NCBI GenBank assembly: GCA_934122125.1
Contig: CAKOVW010000002.1
Coordinates: 1 to 48,567 of the forward strand
Source: an uncultured Clostridia bacterium
GTDB taxonomy: Bacteria; Bacillota; Clostridia; TANB77; CAG-508
Direction: 5' to 3'
Length of the DNA: 48,567 nucleotides
The notes beneath the pieces are model-generated. The model did no database searches. It saw nothing but the letters and a program-made list of their open reading frames with translations, and was not told the DNA's origin. Both the position numbers and the translations under genes were made by a program. This document shows, in pieces, positions 30,263 through 38,991 of this stretch (positions are counted from its first letter, which is position 1; the number at the start of each line of letters is the position of its first letter).

Positions 30263-31465
30263 TTATTTTAATATTTCTATAGCTTTTTGTAGTTGAGTAT
30301 CATCTTTTGGTTCTAAAGTTATTTGTTTTTTTGCATCTTCTGATAAATCTACTTCTATATCTGGTGTTATTCCAATTTTATGAATTTCATTATGGTTTGG
30401 TGTATAGTATTCGCTTACTGTAATTTTTAATCCGCTTCCATCAGATAATTGATGTAATTCTTGAATTATTCCTTTTCCATATGTTTTTGTTCCCACTAGT
30501 GTTGCTTTTTTATTGTCTTTTAATGCTCCTGCTAATATCTCTGAAGCACTTGCTGAATATTCATTCATAAGTACAACTGTTGGTAGATTTATTATTGGAT
30601 TTTTAGTAGCTGTTGTAACTTCCTCTTTATCATTCTTATCTTTTGTTATTAGTAATGTAGAACCTTTTTCTGTTAGCATATTTGCTATTTCAAGTGCCTC
30701 ATCTACAATACCTCCACCGTTATCTCTAATGTCAATTATTAATTTTTTTATTCCTTTTTTCTCAAGTTCTTTATATTTGGTTTTAAATTCATCTGCACAC
30801 TTGCCTTCAAAGTCTGATATTGCAATATATCCAATGTTATTATCTAATACTTTTGTGGTAACATGGCTTACTACTATTGTAGTTCTGGTAATTTCAAAAG
30901 TTTTAGTTTCTCCATTTCTGTATATTTCTAATTTAACGTTTGTTCCTTCTTCTCCTCTTATTCTGTTAGAGGCATCTTCTAATTTTGTACATTCAGTGTC
31001 ATCTATTTTTGTAATAATATCTCCTGGCAATATTCCAGCTTTTTCTGCTGGTGAATTTTCTATTGGTTTAATAATTAATACTGCATTTTTTTGAGTATTT
31101 TGTGTCATATATATACCAATTCCTACAAAATTTCCATTTGTTTCTTCCATTATTTTTTGCATTTCTTTTTTTGTATAATATGTTGTATATGGATCTCCAA
31201 GTGCATCTACATATCCTTTTATAGCCCCTTCAATTAGTGCTTCGTCTTTTATTTCTCCTATATATTTTTTCTCTAATTCGCTTCTAAATTGAGCTAAAGT
31301 ATATTCTAGTCCTTCCAAAGATGTAGTATTTACTTTTTTGGAATATAATCCATTATTAATCAAATACTGATATGTTGCGAAAGCTGTTAATAATGATGTA
31401 ATAATTATCACAATTAATACAAACATAACCATTTTGTATATTTTTTGTGTATTTTTATTTTCCAT
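30263..31465 (-). CDS. ctpA: Carboxy-terminal processing protease (S41 family)
   Basis: 400 aa. N-terminal anchor, PDZ region (SPAEKAGILPGDIITKID), and S41 catalytic region (NEYSASASEILAGALKD...TYGKG). Confidence 0.88.
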   Translation of the reverse strand: MENKNTQKIYKMVMFVLIVIIITSLLTAFATYQYLINNGLYSKKVNTTSLEGLEYTLAQFRSELEKKYIGEIKDEALIEGAIKGYVDALGDPYTTYYTKKEMQKIMEETNGNFVGIGIYMTQNTQKNAVLIIKPIENSPAEKAGILPGDIITKIDDTECTKLEDASNRIRGEEGTNVKLEIYRNGETKTFEITRTTIVVSHVTTKVLDNNIGYIAISDFEGKCADEFKTKYKELEKKGIKKLIIDIRDNGGGIVDEALEIANMLTEKGSTLLITKDKNDKEEVTTATKNPIINLPTVVLMNEYSASASEILAGALKDNKKATLVGTKTYGKGIIQELHQLSDGSGLKITVSEYYTPNHNEIHKIGITPDIEVDLSEDAKKQITLEPKDDTQLQKAIEILK

Positions 31466-31562
31466 TGTTTTAAATTCCTCTTTTCTATTTTATGTATATA
31501 ACGCAATGTTAAATTTTTGCCCATATAATATTATATTTATATAACTGCATAAATATTATTAT

Positions 31563-32765
31563 TTATGGTTCATTAACATATTTTAAAGGGTCTACTGTAT
31601 GACCATTAACCCTAACTTCAAAGTGTAAGTGTGGTCCTGTTGAATTTCCTGTTGAACCAGTTTCCATTATTATATCTCCTTGTTTTACTGTCGCTCCATG
31701 TTCTGTTAATATAGTCTGTCCATGTCCATATAATGTTGATATTCCATTTCCATGATTAATTATAACACAATTTCCATATGAGCCTAGTTCTCCTGCATAT
31801 GTAACCACTCCATCCAAAGCTGCAACTGCTGGTGCTCCAAATCCAGTATTTCCTATGTCTATACCCAAGTGAAAATTTGTAACTCCCTGTATTGGATGCT
31901 GTCTTGTTCCATAATCTGATGTGATTTTAGTTCCAGTTTTTGCAACTGGCCAAATCATAAGTCCTCCTGTATATTGAATACTATATTCTCCTGTTTCTCC
32001 ACTAATTTCTCTTATTCTTGTTTCTAGTTGTATTGCTTCTGTTTTATATTTAGTAATTTTTTCATTCAATTCTTTTTCATTTTTTGATAATGTTTCTATA
32101 TATCCTTCTTGCAATGTTTTAGTATTTTTATATATTATTTCAGATTGTTCTGCTTTTAATTTTAAAGTTCTTAATTCTTCCGTTTCTTTTTCTAATTTTT
32201 GTTTTGACATTTCTATAGTGTTTTTTTCTTGTTCTACTGTTGAAATTAATTGATTGTCATATTCCATAATTTCTATCATCTTATAGTATCTTGATATGAA
32301 GTCTGACAAAGTTTTAGAAGAAAGTAAAACATCTAAATACAAAACTGACCCAGATTCATATAAAGCAACTAATCTGTTTCTTAATAATTTTTCTTTTTTT
32401 GTATAATCCTCTGTTACTTCCTTTAGCTTTTGTGTTGTTTCATTTACTGATGTTTCTAATGTTTTTAGTTTATTTCCTAACTCTGCATTTTCATTTTCAT
32501 ATGTTCTTATTTTATCATCCAATTCTTGAATTTTAACAAGCATATCTGATATTTCTGTTTTTACATATTCAAGTTCAATGGTTGTTGAGTCTATTTTATT
32601 GTTTATTTCACTTTTTTGATTGTTTAAATCCTCTATACTATTTGTATTTACGTTTATTTCATTTGTTTGAGTATTACTAATTTCATTAGTTGCAAATGAA
32701 TATACTGATATATTCATTATAAAAACAAAAATAAGGAGAATACTTATAATCTTTTTAATTTTCAC
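31563..32765 (-). CDS. Coiled-coil M23 peptidase-domain protein (EnvC-like murein hydrolase activator), paralog 1
   Basis: 400 aa. Apparent GTG start preceded by AGGAGA. Long heptad-rich coiled coil, then an M23 domain (HLGIDIG...GSTGNSTGPHLHFEVRVNG). Confidence 0.85.
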   Translation of the reverse strand: MKIKKIISILLIFVFIMNISVYSFATNEISNTQTNEINVNTNSIEDLNNQKSEINNKIDSTTIELEYVKTEISDMLVKIQELDDKIRTYENENAELGNKLKTLETSVNETTQKLKEVTEDYTKKEKLLRNRLVALYESGSVLYLDVLLSSKTLSDFISRYYKMIEIMEYDNQLISTVEQEKNTIEMSKQKLEKETEELRTLKLKAEQSEIIYKNTKTLQEGYIETLSKNEKELNEKITKYKTEAIQLETRIREISGETGEYSIQYTGGLMIWPVAKTGTKITSDYGTRQHPIQGVTNFHLGIDIGNTGFGAPAVAALDGVVTYAGELGSYGNCVIINHGNGISTLYGHGQTILTEHGATVKQGDIIMETGSTGNSTGPHLHFEVRVNGHTVDPLKYVNEP

Positions 32766-32806
32766 GTCCGCATTCTCCTTTCTCTTTTATTATTTGTAAA
32801 TTTTTT

Positions 32807-33955
32807 TTACCAGTGGCAATACTTAAGTGGATTAACCGTACTATTTGAACTAGCTGATGTACGTACTTCAAAGTGTAAGTGTGGTCCTGTTCCTATACCT
32901 GTGCTTCCACTTGTAGCTATTTTTTGTGCTCTTGCAACTTTTTGTCCTGTTGATACTGCTATTGAATCTAAGTGTTGATAAAATGTATATAAATTATCAG
33001 CATGTTTTACCATTACATAGTTTCCTCTATAAATATTGTATCCCTTACTTACTACGACACCTGCTGCTGCTGCATATACTGGTTGATAACTAACTCCTAT
33101 ATCTAATGCTGGGTGCCATGAAGTTGCACCTGGGCAAGGTTCTTCTCTTGAGCCATAGTATGATGTTATAATATTATATCCATATGAGCTACTTGATAAT
33201 GGCCAACTTAAAGTACCCGAAAAACTTCCTGTATATGAGCTACCATTTTTTCTAGCTTCTTCTTCTAATTTTGCTTCTAATTCATTTATTGATTTTTTAT
33301 ATTTTTTTATTTCTTCTTGTATATTTTTTTGTTCTTCTGTCAAACTATCTGCTTTTGCTTCTTTATTAGCTTTAGCTATTTTTATTTTTGTTTGCTTGCT
33401 TTGTACTGCTTGCTTGTCCTCTGCTAATTCCTTTTTCTGTTTTTCTAAATCATTTTTTACCTTTTCGACTTCTTCTCTTTGTGCTTCTACTTTATCCATT
33501 TGTTCATTATCTGCATCTGTTAATTGTTGCACTTTTGAACTCATAGAAATATAGTCCCATATATTATCTGAAGCTAATAAAACATCTAAAAATGTTATTC
33601 TTCCTTGTTCATATATTGCTACTAATCTATCTTCTAAAAGTTGTTTTTTCTCATCATAATCTTTTTGTAATGCTTCAATTTCTGTATTTTTTTCTTTTAT
33701 GTTCTTTTCCATTTTAGTTATTTTACTATTTAATTCTTTTATTTCAGTTTCATAGCCTTCAATTTCTTCTTCTAAATCTGAAATTTCATTTAAAACTGTT
33801 TCTTTTGCAGCTGTTACTTTTACTTTATTCTGATTAGCTTCATTTAGTTTGTCTTTTGCTGCATTTAAGTCTGATTGTGTTGTTGCAAATACAGTTGCAA
33901 ATGTAGTTTGCAATAAAATTAATACTAATAAAATGGATATAATTTTTTTTCTCAT
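32807..33955 (-). CDS. Coiled-coil M23 peptidase-domain protein (EnvC-like), paralog 2
   Basis: 382 aa with a signal peptide, coiled coil and M23 domain (HPALDIG...GSTGIGTGPHLHFEVR). It lies directly downstream of ftsX. Confidence 0.85.
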   Translation of the reverse strand: MRKKIISILLVLILLQTTFATVFATTQSDLNAAKDKLNEANQNKVKVTAAKETVLNEISDLEEEIEGYETEIKELNSKITKMEKNIKEKNTEIEALQKDYDEKKQLLEDRLVAIYEQGRITFLDVLLASDNIWDYISMSSKVQQLTDADNEQMDKVEAQREEVEKVKNDLEKQKKELAEDKQAVQSKQTKIKIAKANKEAKADSLTEEQKNIQEEIKKYKKSINELEAKLEEEARKNGSSYTGSFSGTLSWPLSSSSYGYNIITSYYGSREEPCPGATSWHPALDIGVSYQPVYAAAAGVVVSKGYNIYRGNYVMVKHADNLYTFYQHLDSIAVSTGQKVARAQKIATSGSTGIGTGPHLHFEVRTSASSNSTVNPLKYCHW

Positions 33956-33967
33956 AGTTTTTCTCCT

Positions 33968-34894
33968 TTATACCTCTAGATATTTTTTCATTGAAATTGC
34001 ACTACCTAAAGCACCAATTCCAATTCCTAATACCAAATAAACTATTAATAGAGTTTTAAATAGTTCTTGGAAAGTTAATAGTGGTATATTTATCATACTG
34101 TTTATTAAAGATTGTTGAATTTGTGTTACAACTGCATTATATGAAAAGGCTAATATTAATAGCGAAATTAAAACTGATATTAACCCTATTAGCATACCTT
34201 CTACCATAAATGGCCATCTAATAAATCCGTTAGTTGCTCCAACATATTTCATAATTGAAATTTCTTTTCTCCTTGCATGTACTGTTAATTTAATAGTGTT
34301 TGTTATAATAAATATTGAAATAAATATTAGTATAATTAAAATAACTGTTGTTATTATATTTATTCCATCTGCTATCTTTACTAAAGCATTTATTGTGTCT
34401 GTTCTTACTTCAACACTTGATACTATACTTGACTTTGATATATCACTTTTTACTTCTTCTGCTTTTGTTAAGTCAGTTAAAGTAACAATGTATGAATCTT
34501 TGAAGGGATTATTATCTCCGCTATATGTATCCCATAATGATTTTCTGTCTTTAAACATTCTTTTTAAGTCTTCCAATGCTTCAGCTTTTGTTTTTTCTTC
34601 TATGGTATTTACATATTGATTACTTCTTATCTTATCTTTTAATTCTACTTTTTGATCTGCTGTTGCTTCATTTTTAATGAATACTTGCATTCCTTGTTGC
34701 TCTTCTATTGTTTTTGTAATATGGTTTATGTTTTGACTAACTGCAAAAAATATTCCAAATACGAACATTGTTGCACACATTATAATTAATGATGCTATTG
34801 TGGATTTTTTGTTTTTGAATACATTTCTAAAACCTTCTCCAATTAAATAACCAAAAATACTATATCTCACTGTTATATCCGCCCCTTCTATCAT
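33968..34894 (-). CDS. ftsX: Cell division permease-like protein FtsX
   Basis: About 300 aa with the FtsX topology (TM1, large extracellular loop, three C-terminal TM helices), downstream of ftsE. The start is uncertain: the GTG at 34870 is an alternative to the track start. Confidence 0.88.
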   Translation of the reverse strand: MIEGADITVRYSIFGYLIGEGFRNVFKNKKSTIASLIIMCATMFVFGIFFAVSQNINHITKTIEEQQGMQVFIKNEATADQKVELKDKIRSNQYVNTIEEKTKAEALEDLKRMFKDRKSLWDTYSGDNNPFKDSYIVTLTDLTKAEEVKSDISKSSIVSSVEVRTDTINALVKIADGINIITTVILIILIFISIFIITNTIKLTVHARRKEISIMKYVGATNGFIRWPFMVEGMLIGLISVLISLLILAFSYNAVVTQIQQSLINSMINIPLLTFQELFKTLLIVYLVLGIGIGALGSAISMKKYLEV

Positions 34895-35546
34895 CTCTTA
34901 CAATATTGCCTTCTTCAATTTGTATAACTCTTTTTTTCATTTTGTCTACAATATCTCTTGCATGTGTTGCTACTACTACTGTTGTTCCTCTTTTATTAAT
35001 ATCATCCAAAAGAGTCATTATTTCCCATGCTGTTTCAGGGTCTAAATTTCCAGTAGGCTCGTCTGCAATTAACATAGATGGATTATTTACTAGAGCTCTA
35101 GCCAAAGCGACTCTTTGTTGCTCTCCACCTGATAGTTCGTTTGGATACATTTTAGCTTTATTGCTTAATCCTACTAATGATAATATCATAGGCACTTGTC
35201 TTCTAATATGCCTTGGTGTAGCCCTTACAATGTACATAGCATATGCAACATTATCATATACTGTTCTGTCTGGTAAAAGCCTAAAGTCTTGGAACACTAC
35301 TCCCATGCTTCTTCTTAAAAATGGTATTCTTTTAGGTTTTAAAAAAGTTGTATCTTTTCCATTTATAATAATATTTCCTTTAGTTGGTTCCTCTTCTTTT
35401 AATATTAGTTTTATTAATGTTGATTTTCCTGAACCAGAGCTACCTACTAAAAATGCAAAATCACCTTTTTCAATTATAAAATTTGCATTGTGAACTGCCT
35501 CTGTTCCAGTATCATAAGTCTTGCTGACGTTTCTAAATTCTATCAT
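34860..35546 (-). CDS. ftsE: Cell division ATP-binding protein FtsE
   Basis: 228 aa ABC ATPase with Walker A (GSSGSGKST), signature (LSGGEQQR) and Walker B (LIADEPTGNLD). Confidence 0.93.
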   Translation of the reverse strand: MIEFRNVSKTYDTGTEAVHNANFIIEKGDFAFLVGSSGSGKSTLIKLILKEEEPTKGNIIINGKDTTFLKPKRIPFLRRSMGVVFQDFRLLPDRTVYDNVAYAMYIVRATPRHIRRQVPMILSLVGLSNKAKMYPNELSGGEQQRVALARALVNNPSMLIADEPTGNLDPETAWEIMTLLDDINKRGTTVVVATHARDIVDKMKKRVIQIEEGNIVRDDRRGGYNSEI

Positions 35547-35728
35547 TTAAGTAACTCCTAACTAAGATTAGACATCTTATTTCATATTCTCCTTTATCAT
35601 AACAATAAAATGCAATAAATGCAATAGTTTTTTTTGGAAAAAAGCAGAATAAATTTGCATTAAACACGCAATTTTTCTGCTTTTCTCCATATTTTTGTTT
35701 TTTATCAAAATTCACAAAAAATTTACAT

Positions 35729-36658
35729 TTATTCTTTTACTTTATCAATAATAGCTTGGCTGTCTAGTTTGAAATATTTTAATAGTTGTTCTGCTTTTCC
35801 TGACTTACCAAATCTATCCTGCATTCCCATTCTTATTACTTTGGTTGGACATTCTTCTGATAATACTTCACAAACTGCTGTACCTAATCCACCAATTACA
35901 CTATGGTCCTCAATAGTAATTAGTTTTTTAGTTTCTTTTGCACATTTTGTTATCATTTCTTTATCAATTGGTTTTATTGTGTGCACATCAACTACACGAA
36001 TATTTATATTTTCTTTTTCAAGTTCTTCTTTGGCTTTTAGTGCCTCTGCTACTTCAACTCCTGTTGCAAATACAGTAGCATCTGTACCATCACCTATTTG
36101 AACCATTTTACCTATTTCAAACTCTTGATTTTCATTATATATAACTGGTGTTGTAACTCTCGCTAAACGGATATATACTGGTCCATCAAATTTTGCCATT
36201 TCTTTTATAGCCCATCTAGTTTGTACATCATCCGAAGTACATAATACTGTCATATTTGGAATACTTCTCATCAAACTTAAATCTTCTAGCATTTGATGTG
36301 TTGCGCCATCTTCTCCAACAGTAACTCCAGCATGTGTTCCACAAATTTTTACATTAAGTTTTGGATATGCCACACTATTTCTAATTTGGTCATATGCTCT
36401 TCCTGCTGCAAACATCGCAAAAGTACTTGCAAAAGGAATTTTTCCTGTTGTTGCTAATCCTGCTGCTATTCCTATCATATTTTGTTCCGCAATTCCTACA
36501 TTTATAAATCTATCTGGAAACTCTTTCTCAAAAAGACTAGTCTTAGTCGCCCCAGCTAAATCTGCTGTTAGAACAACTACATTTTCATTTTCTCTCCCCA
36601 CCTCTACAAGAGCCTTTCCAAAGCTCTCACGAGTAGCAATTTTATTATCTAAATTCAT
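35729..36658 (-). CDS. Transketolase, C-terminal (pyrimidine-binding) subunit
   Basis: 309 aa. Contains RESFGKALVEVG...GIAEQNMIGIAAGLA, typical of split transketolase subunit B. Confidence 0.9.
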   Translation of the reverse strand: MNLDNKIATRESFGKALVEVGRENENVVVLTADLAGATKTSLFEKEFPDRFINVGIAEQNMIGIAAGLATTGKIPFASTFAMFAAGRAYDQIRNSVAYPKLNVKICGTHAGVTVGEDGATHQMLEDLSLMRSIPNMTVLCTSDDVQTRWAIKEMAKFDGPVYIRLARVTTPVIYNENQEFEIGKMVQIGDGTDATVFATGVEVAEALKAKEELEKENINIRVVDVHTIKPIDKEMITKCAKETKKLITIEDHSVIGGLGTAVCEVLSEECPTKVIRMGMQDRFGKSGKAEQLLKYFKLDSQAIIDKVKE

Positions 36659-36689
36659 AATACTTATTTCCTTCCTTTTGATTTTATTG

Positions 36690-36833
36690 GTAATAATATA
36701 CTAATTTTTTGAGCGTGGTTTCGTGGGAACCAGCAACTTAGAATGTGTTATGCAAAGATCCACTAGTGGAAATTTGCATTATACATTCTTAGGCAGTTGG
36801 GGGTTGGAGCGAAAAAAATTAGTATATTATTAC
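36690..36833. repeat. 144-bp palindromic intergenic element (MITE/REP-like or a structured RNA) between the two transketolase subunit genes
   Basis: Perfect 21-bp terminal inverted repeats: GTAATAATATACTAATTTTTT at 36690-36710 and its complement at 36813-36833. There is an inner imperfect ~25-bp palindrome centred on TCCACTAGTGGA. The core is visibly GC-richer than its surroundings. GAGCG occurs directly inside both repeats. Confidence 0.6.
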
Positions 36834-36857
36834 ATAAGAATTTTATTTTCAACATTA

Positions 36858-37694
36858 TTAACCTATAATATGTTGAAGTTTAAGCTCATTAATAGCCTCT
36901 TCATATTGTTCTTGGTTTGGTGCTTTTCCATGCCACTCAGCCTTTCCTTCCATAAAAGAAACTCCTTTTCCTTTAATCGTATGAGCAATAACAACACTAG
37001 GCATACCTTTTTGATGTTTAGCAATATCAAAAGCATTTATTAATCCGTCTATGTCATGACCATTAACCTCAATTACATTAAATCCAAAACTTTCAAATTT
37101 TTCTTTTATGTCTATTAAGCCAGCTACGTTTTCTATATTTCCATCAATTTGTAAAGTATTATAATCTACAATAGCACATAAATTGTCTAACTTATTTTTA
37201 CTTGCAGACATTGCAGCTTCCCATACTTGTCCTTCTTCAAGTTCTCCATCTCCAAGTAAACAATATACTCTATAACCATTGTGTTCCATTTTTGAACTAA
37301 TTGCCATTCCTACTGCTGCTGATAAGCCTTGTCCTAATGATCCTGTTGACATATCAACTCCTGGTATTTTTTTCATATCAGGATGTCCTTGTAAATTACT
37401 TTCTATTTTCCTAAATCCTTTTAAACTTTCTTTATCAAAGTATCCCTTTCTTGCAAGAGTTGCATAAAGTGCAGGAGCACAGTGTCCCTTTGATAATACA
37501 AATCTATCTCTTTGTTTTGCTTTTGGGTTTTCTGGGTCTATATTCATTTGATTAAAGTATAAAACTGCTAAAATGTCTGCACAAGAAAGTGAACCTCCTG
37601 GATGACCTGAAGATGCATTATATACTTGTTCTATTATTCCTATTCTAATGTCATTTGCAATATTAGCTAATCCTTCTACTTTTGTAATTTTCAT
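36858..37694 (-). CDS. Transketolase, N-terminal (thiamine diphosphate-binding) subunit
   Basis: 278 aa. Contains SGHPGGSLS, LSKGH and GDGELEEGQVWEA motifs. Confidence 0.9.
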   Translation of the reverse strand: MKITKVEGLANIANDIRIGIIEQVYNASSGHPGGSLSCADILAVLYFNQMNIDPENPKAKQRDRFVLSKGHCAPALYATLARKGYFDKESLKGFRKIESNLQGHPDMKKIPGVDMSTGSLGQGLSAAVGMAISSKMEHNGYRVYCLLGDGELEEGQVWEAAMSASKNKLDNLCAIVDYNTLQIDGNIENVAGLIDIKEKFESFGFNVIEVNGHDIDGLINAFDIAKHQKGMPSVVIAHTIKGKGVSFMEGKAEWHGKAPNQEQYEEAINELKLQHIIG

Positions 37695-37765
37695 ATTTTT
37701 TCTCCTTTCAAAGTTATGATAAGCATATTATATATTTAAAAAATATTTTATTCAACAAATTCACA

Positions 37766-37798
37766 AAAAATATACAATTCATTTTGAATTGTATATTT
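37766..37798 (-). terminator. Terminator after the small membrane protein gene
   Basis: AAATATACAATTC/GAATTGTATATTT stem followed by a T-run on the minus strand. Confidence 0.6.
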
Positions 37799-37988
37799 AT
37801 ATATTAAAGTATATAATTAATGTTCCAACTATTGATGCTAAAAATCCTAGCATTTTTAGCCCTGTTGAGCCCTCATTTTGGTCTCCAAACCCAAATATTT
37901 TTTTAGTTATAATTCTTGCGTCAAAAATACATACTACTCCAATTGCTGCTATAATTAGTCCTACTATTATTAAAATTATTTTTCCCAT
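37797..37988 (-). CDS. Small hydrophobic protein (63 aa, two helices)
   Basis: MGKIILIIVGLIIAAIGVVCIF...LGFLASIVGTLIIYFNI. It has its own terminator. There is no family assignment. Confidence 0.45.
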   Translation of the reverse strand: MGKIILIIVGLIIAAIGVVCIFDARIITKKIFGFGDQNEGSTGLKMLGFLASIVGTLIIYFNI

Positions 37989-38058
37989 AATCGTGCTTAT
38001 TTCCTTCCATGTATCTCAATTTGGTACAAACCAAATTATATTTTTTCCAATCTAGCTT

Positions 38059-38928
38059 TTAAAAGAATTCTACAGTATATTTACACTCAAATGAAGTATT
38101 TGGTTTTAGTGAAATAATGTCTTGCTTTTGTGTAAATACACCTGTGCTTTTTACACTATCTGCTGTTGAATACCATGGTTCTATACATATAAATGGTGCA
38201 TTTGGTTTTGACCAAATTGCTAAATATGGAAATCCTGTAAAATCCATAGTTAGTAAGGTTTTGCCAGTTTCTTTATTTTTTAAACTTATTTTATTTGATG
38301 TAATACCTTTCATAATCAATGCATCATCATCAAATGTATGTGAATCTATTAATATTTTTCTTTTATCTACTATTCTATCTTTTGCGTAGTCTATTCCAAC
38401 TAAGCCATCTACCAAATACAAAAAGTGAATTTTTTCTTCATCTTCTTCAAATTCTAAATAGTAATTCCCTTTTTTTAGTTCTTGAGCATCTATTTTAAAT
38501 GCAGGGTGTCCACCTATTCCAAAAGGTAAGTTTATTAAACCTGTATTTACCACTCTATATATTGTAGTTAGTTTATTTTCCTCAGTACGATATGTATTAT
38601 ATAATTCAAATTCATATGGATATCTCGTTAAAGTATATTTATTACTTTTTAAAACATAAGAATGAAAGTGGTCTAGTTTAGTAATTGGTTCAAATTCTAA
38701 ATCTCTTGCGAAACCATGTTGCATAAGTTCATAAGTTCTTCCACCAATTAATGTTTGGTTTTTCTTTAGTTTTCCTACTATAGGAAATAATACAGGTGAA
38801 TGTCTTTTCCAATATATTTTGCCATTTTCGTCCATACATTGCTCACCTTGATGTATTTTTTCTTCGCCATTTACTTTAAAACTTATAAGTTCTCCACCTT
38901 TTTTTGATGTTAGCATTTGAGTGTACAT
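38059..38928 (-). CDS. Aldose 1-epimerase (galactose mutarotase-like) family protein
   Basis: About 289 aa. Contains LFPIVGKLK, HGFAR and GGHPAF motifs. I prefer the start at MYTQML (38928), which follows AGGAGAGG. Confidence 0.8.
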   Translation of the reverse strand: MYTQMLTSKKGGELISFKVNGEEKIHQGEQCMDENGKIYWKRHSPVLFPIVGKLKKNQTLIGGRTYELMQHGFARDLEFEPITKLDHFHSYVLKSNKYTLTRYPYEFELYNTYRTEENKLTTIYRVVNTGLINLPFGIGGHPAFKIDAQELKKGNYYLEFEEDEEKIHFLYLVDGLVGIDYAKDRIVDKRKILIDSHTFDDDALIMKGITSNKISLKNKETGKTLLTMDFTGFPYLAIWSKPNAPFICIEPWYSTADSVKSTGVFTQKQDIISLKPNTSFECKYTVEFF

Positions 38929-38991
38929 AGGCCTCTCCTTTCTTATTTTTACCATATATATAATATTGCTTTTTTATGTAAATGTCAAGAT

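Noticed and set aside
35533-35715. 60-aa minus-strand ORF between the tkt and ftsE genes
   Set aside because: It has no RBS and an odd composition, and it overlaps the ftsE start region. It is more likely the ftsE promoter/leader region.
36723-37043. 106-aa plus-strand ORF starting inside the palindromic tkt intergenic element
   Set aside because: It has a non-ATG start and no RBS. Most of it is antisense to the transketolase N-terminal subunit gene. The element is better explained as a repeat or an RNA structure.
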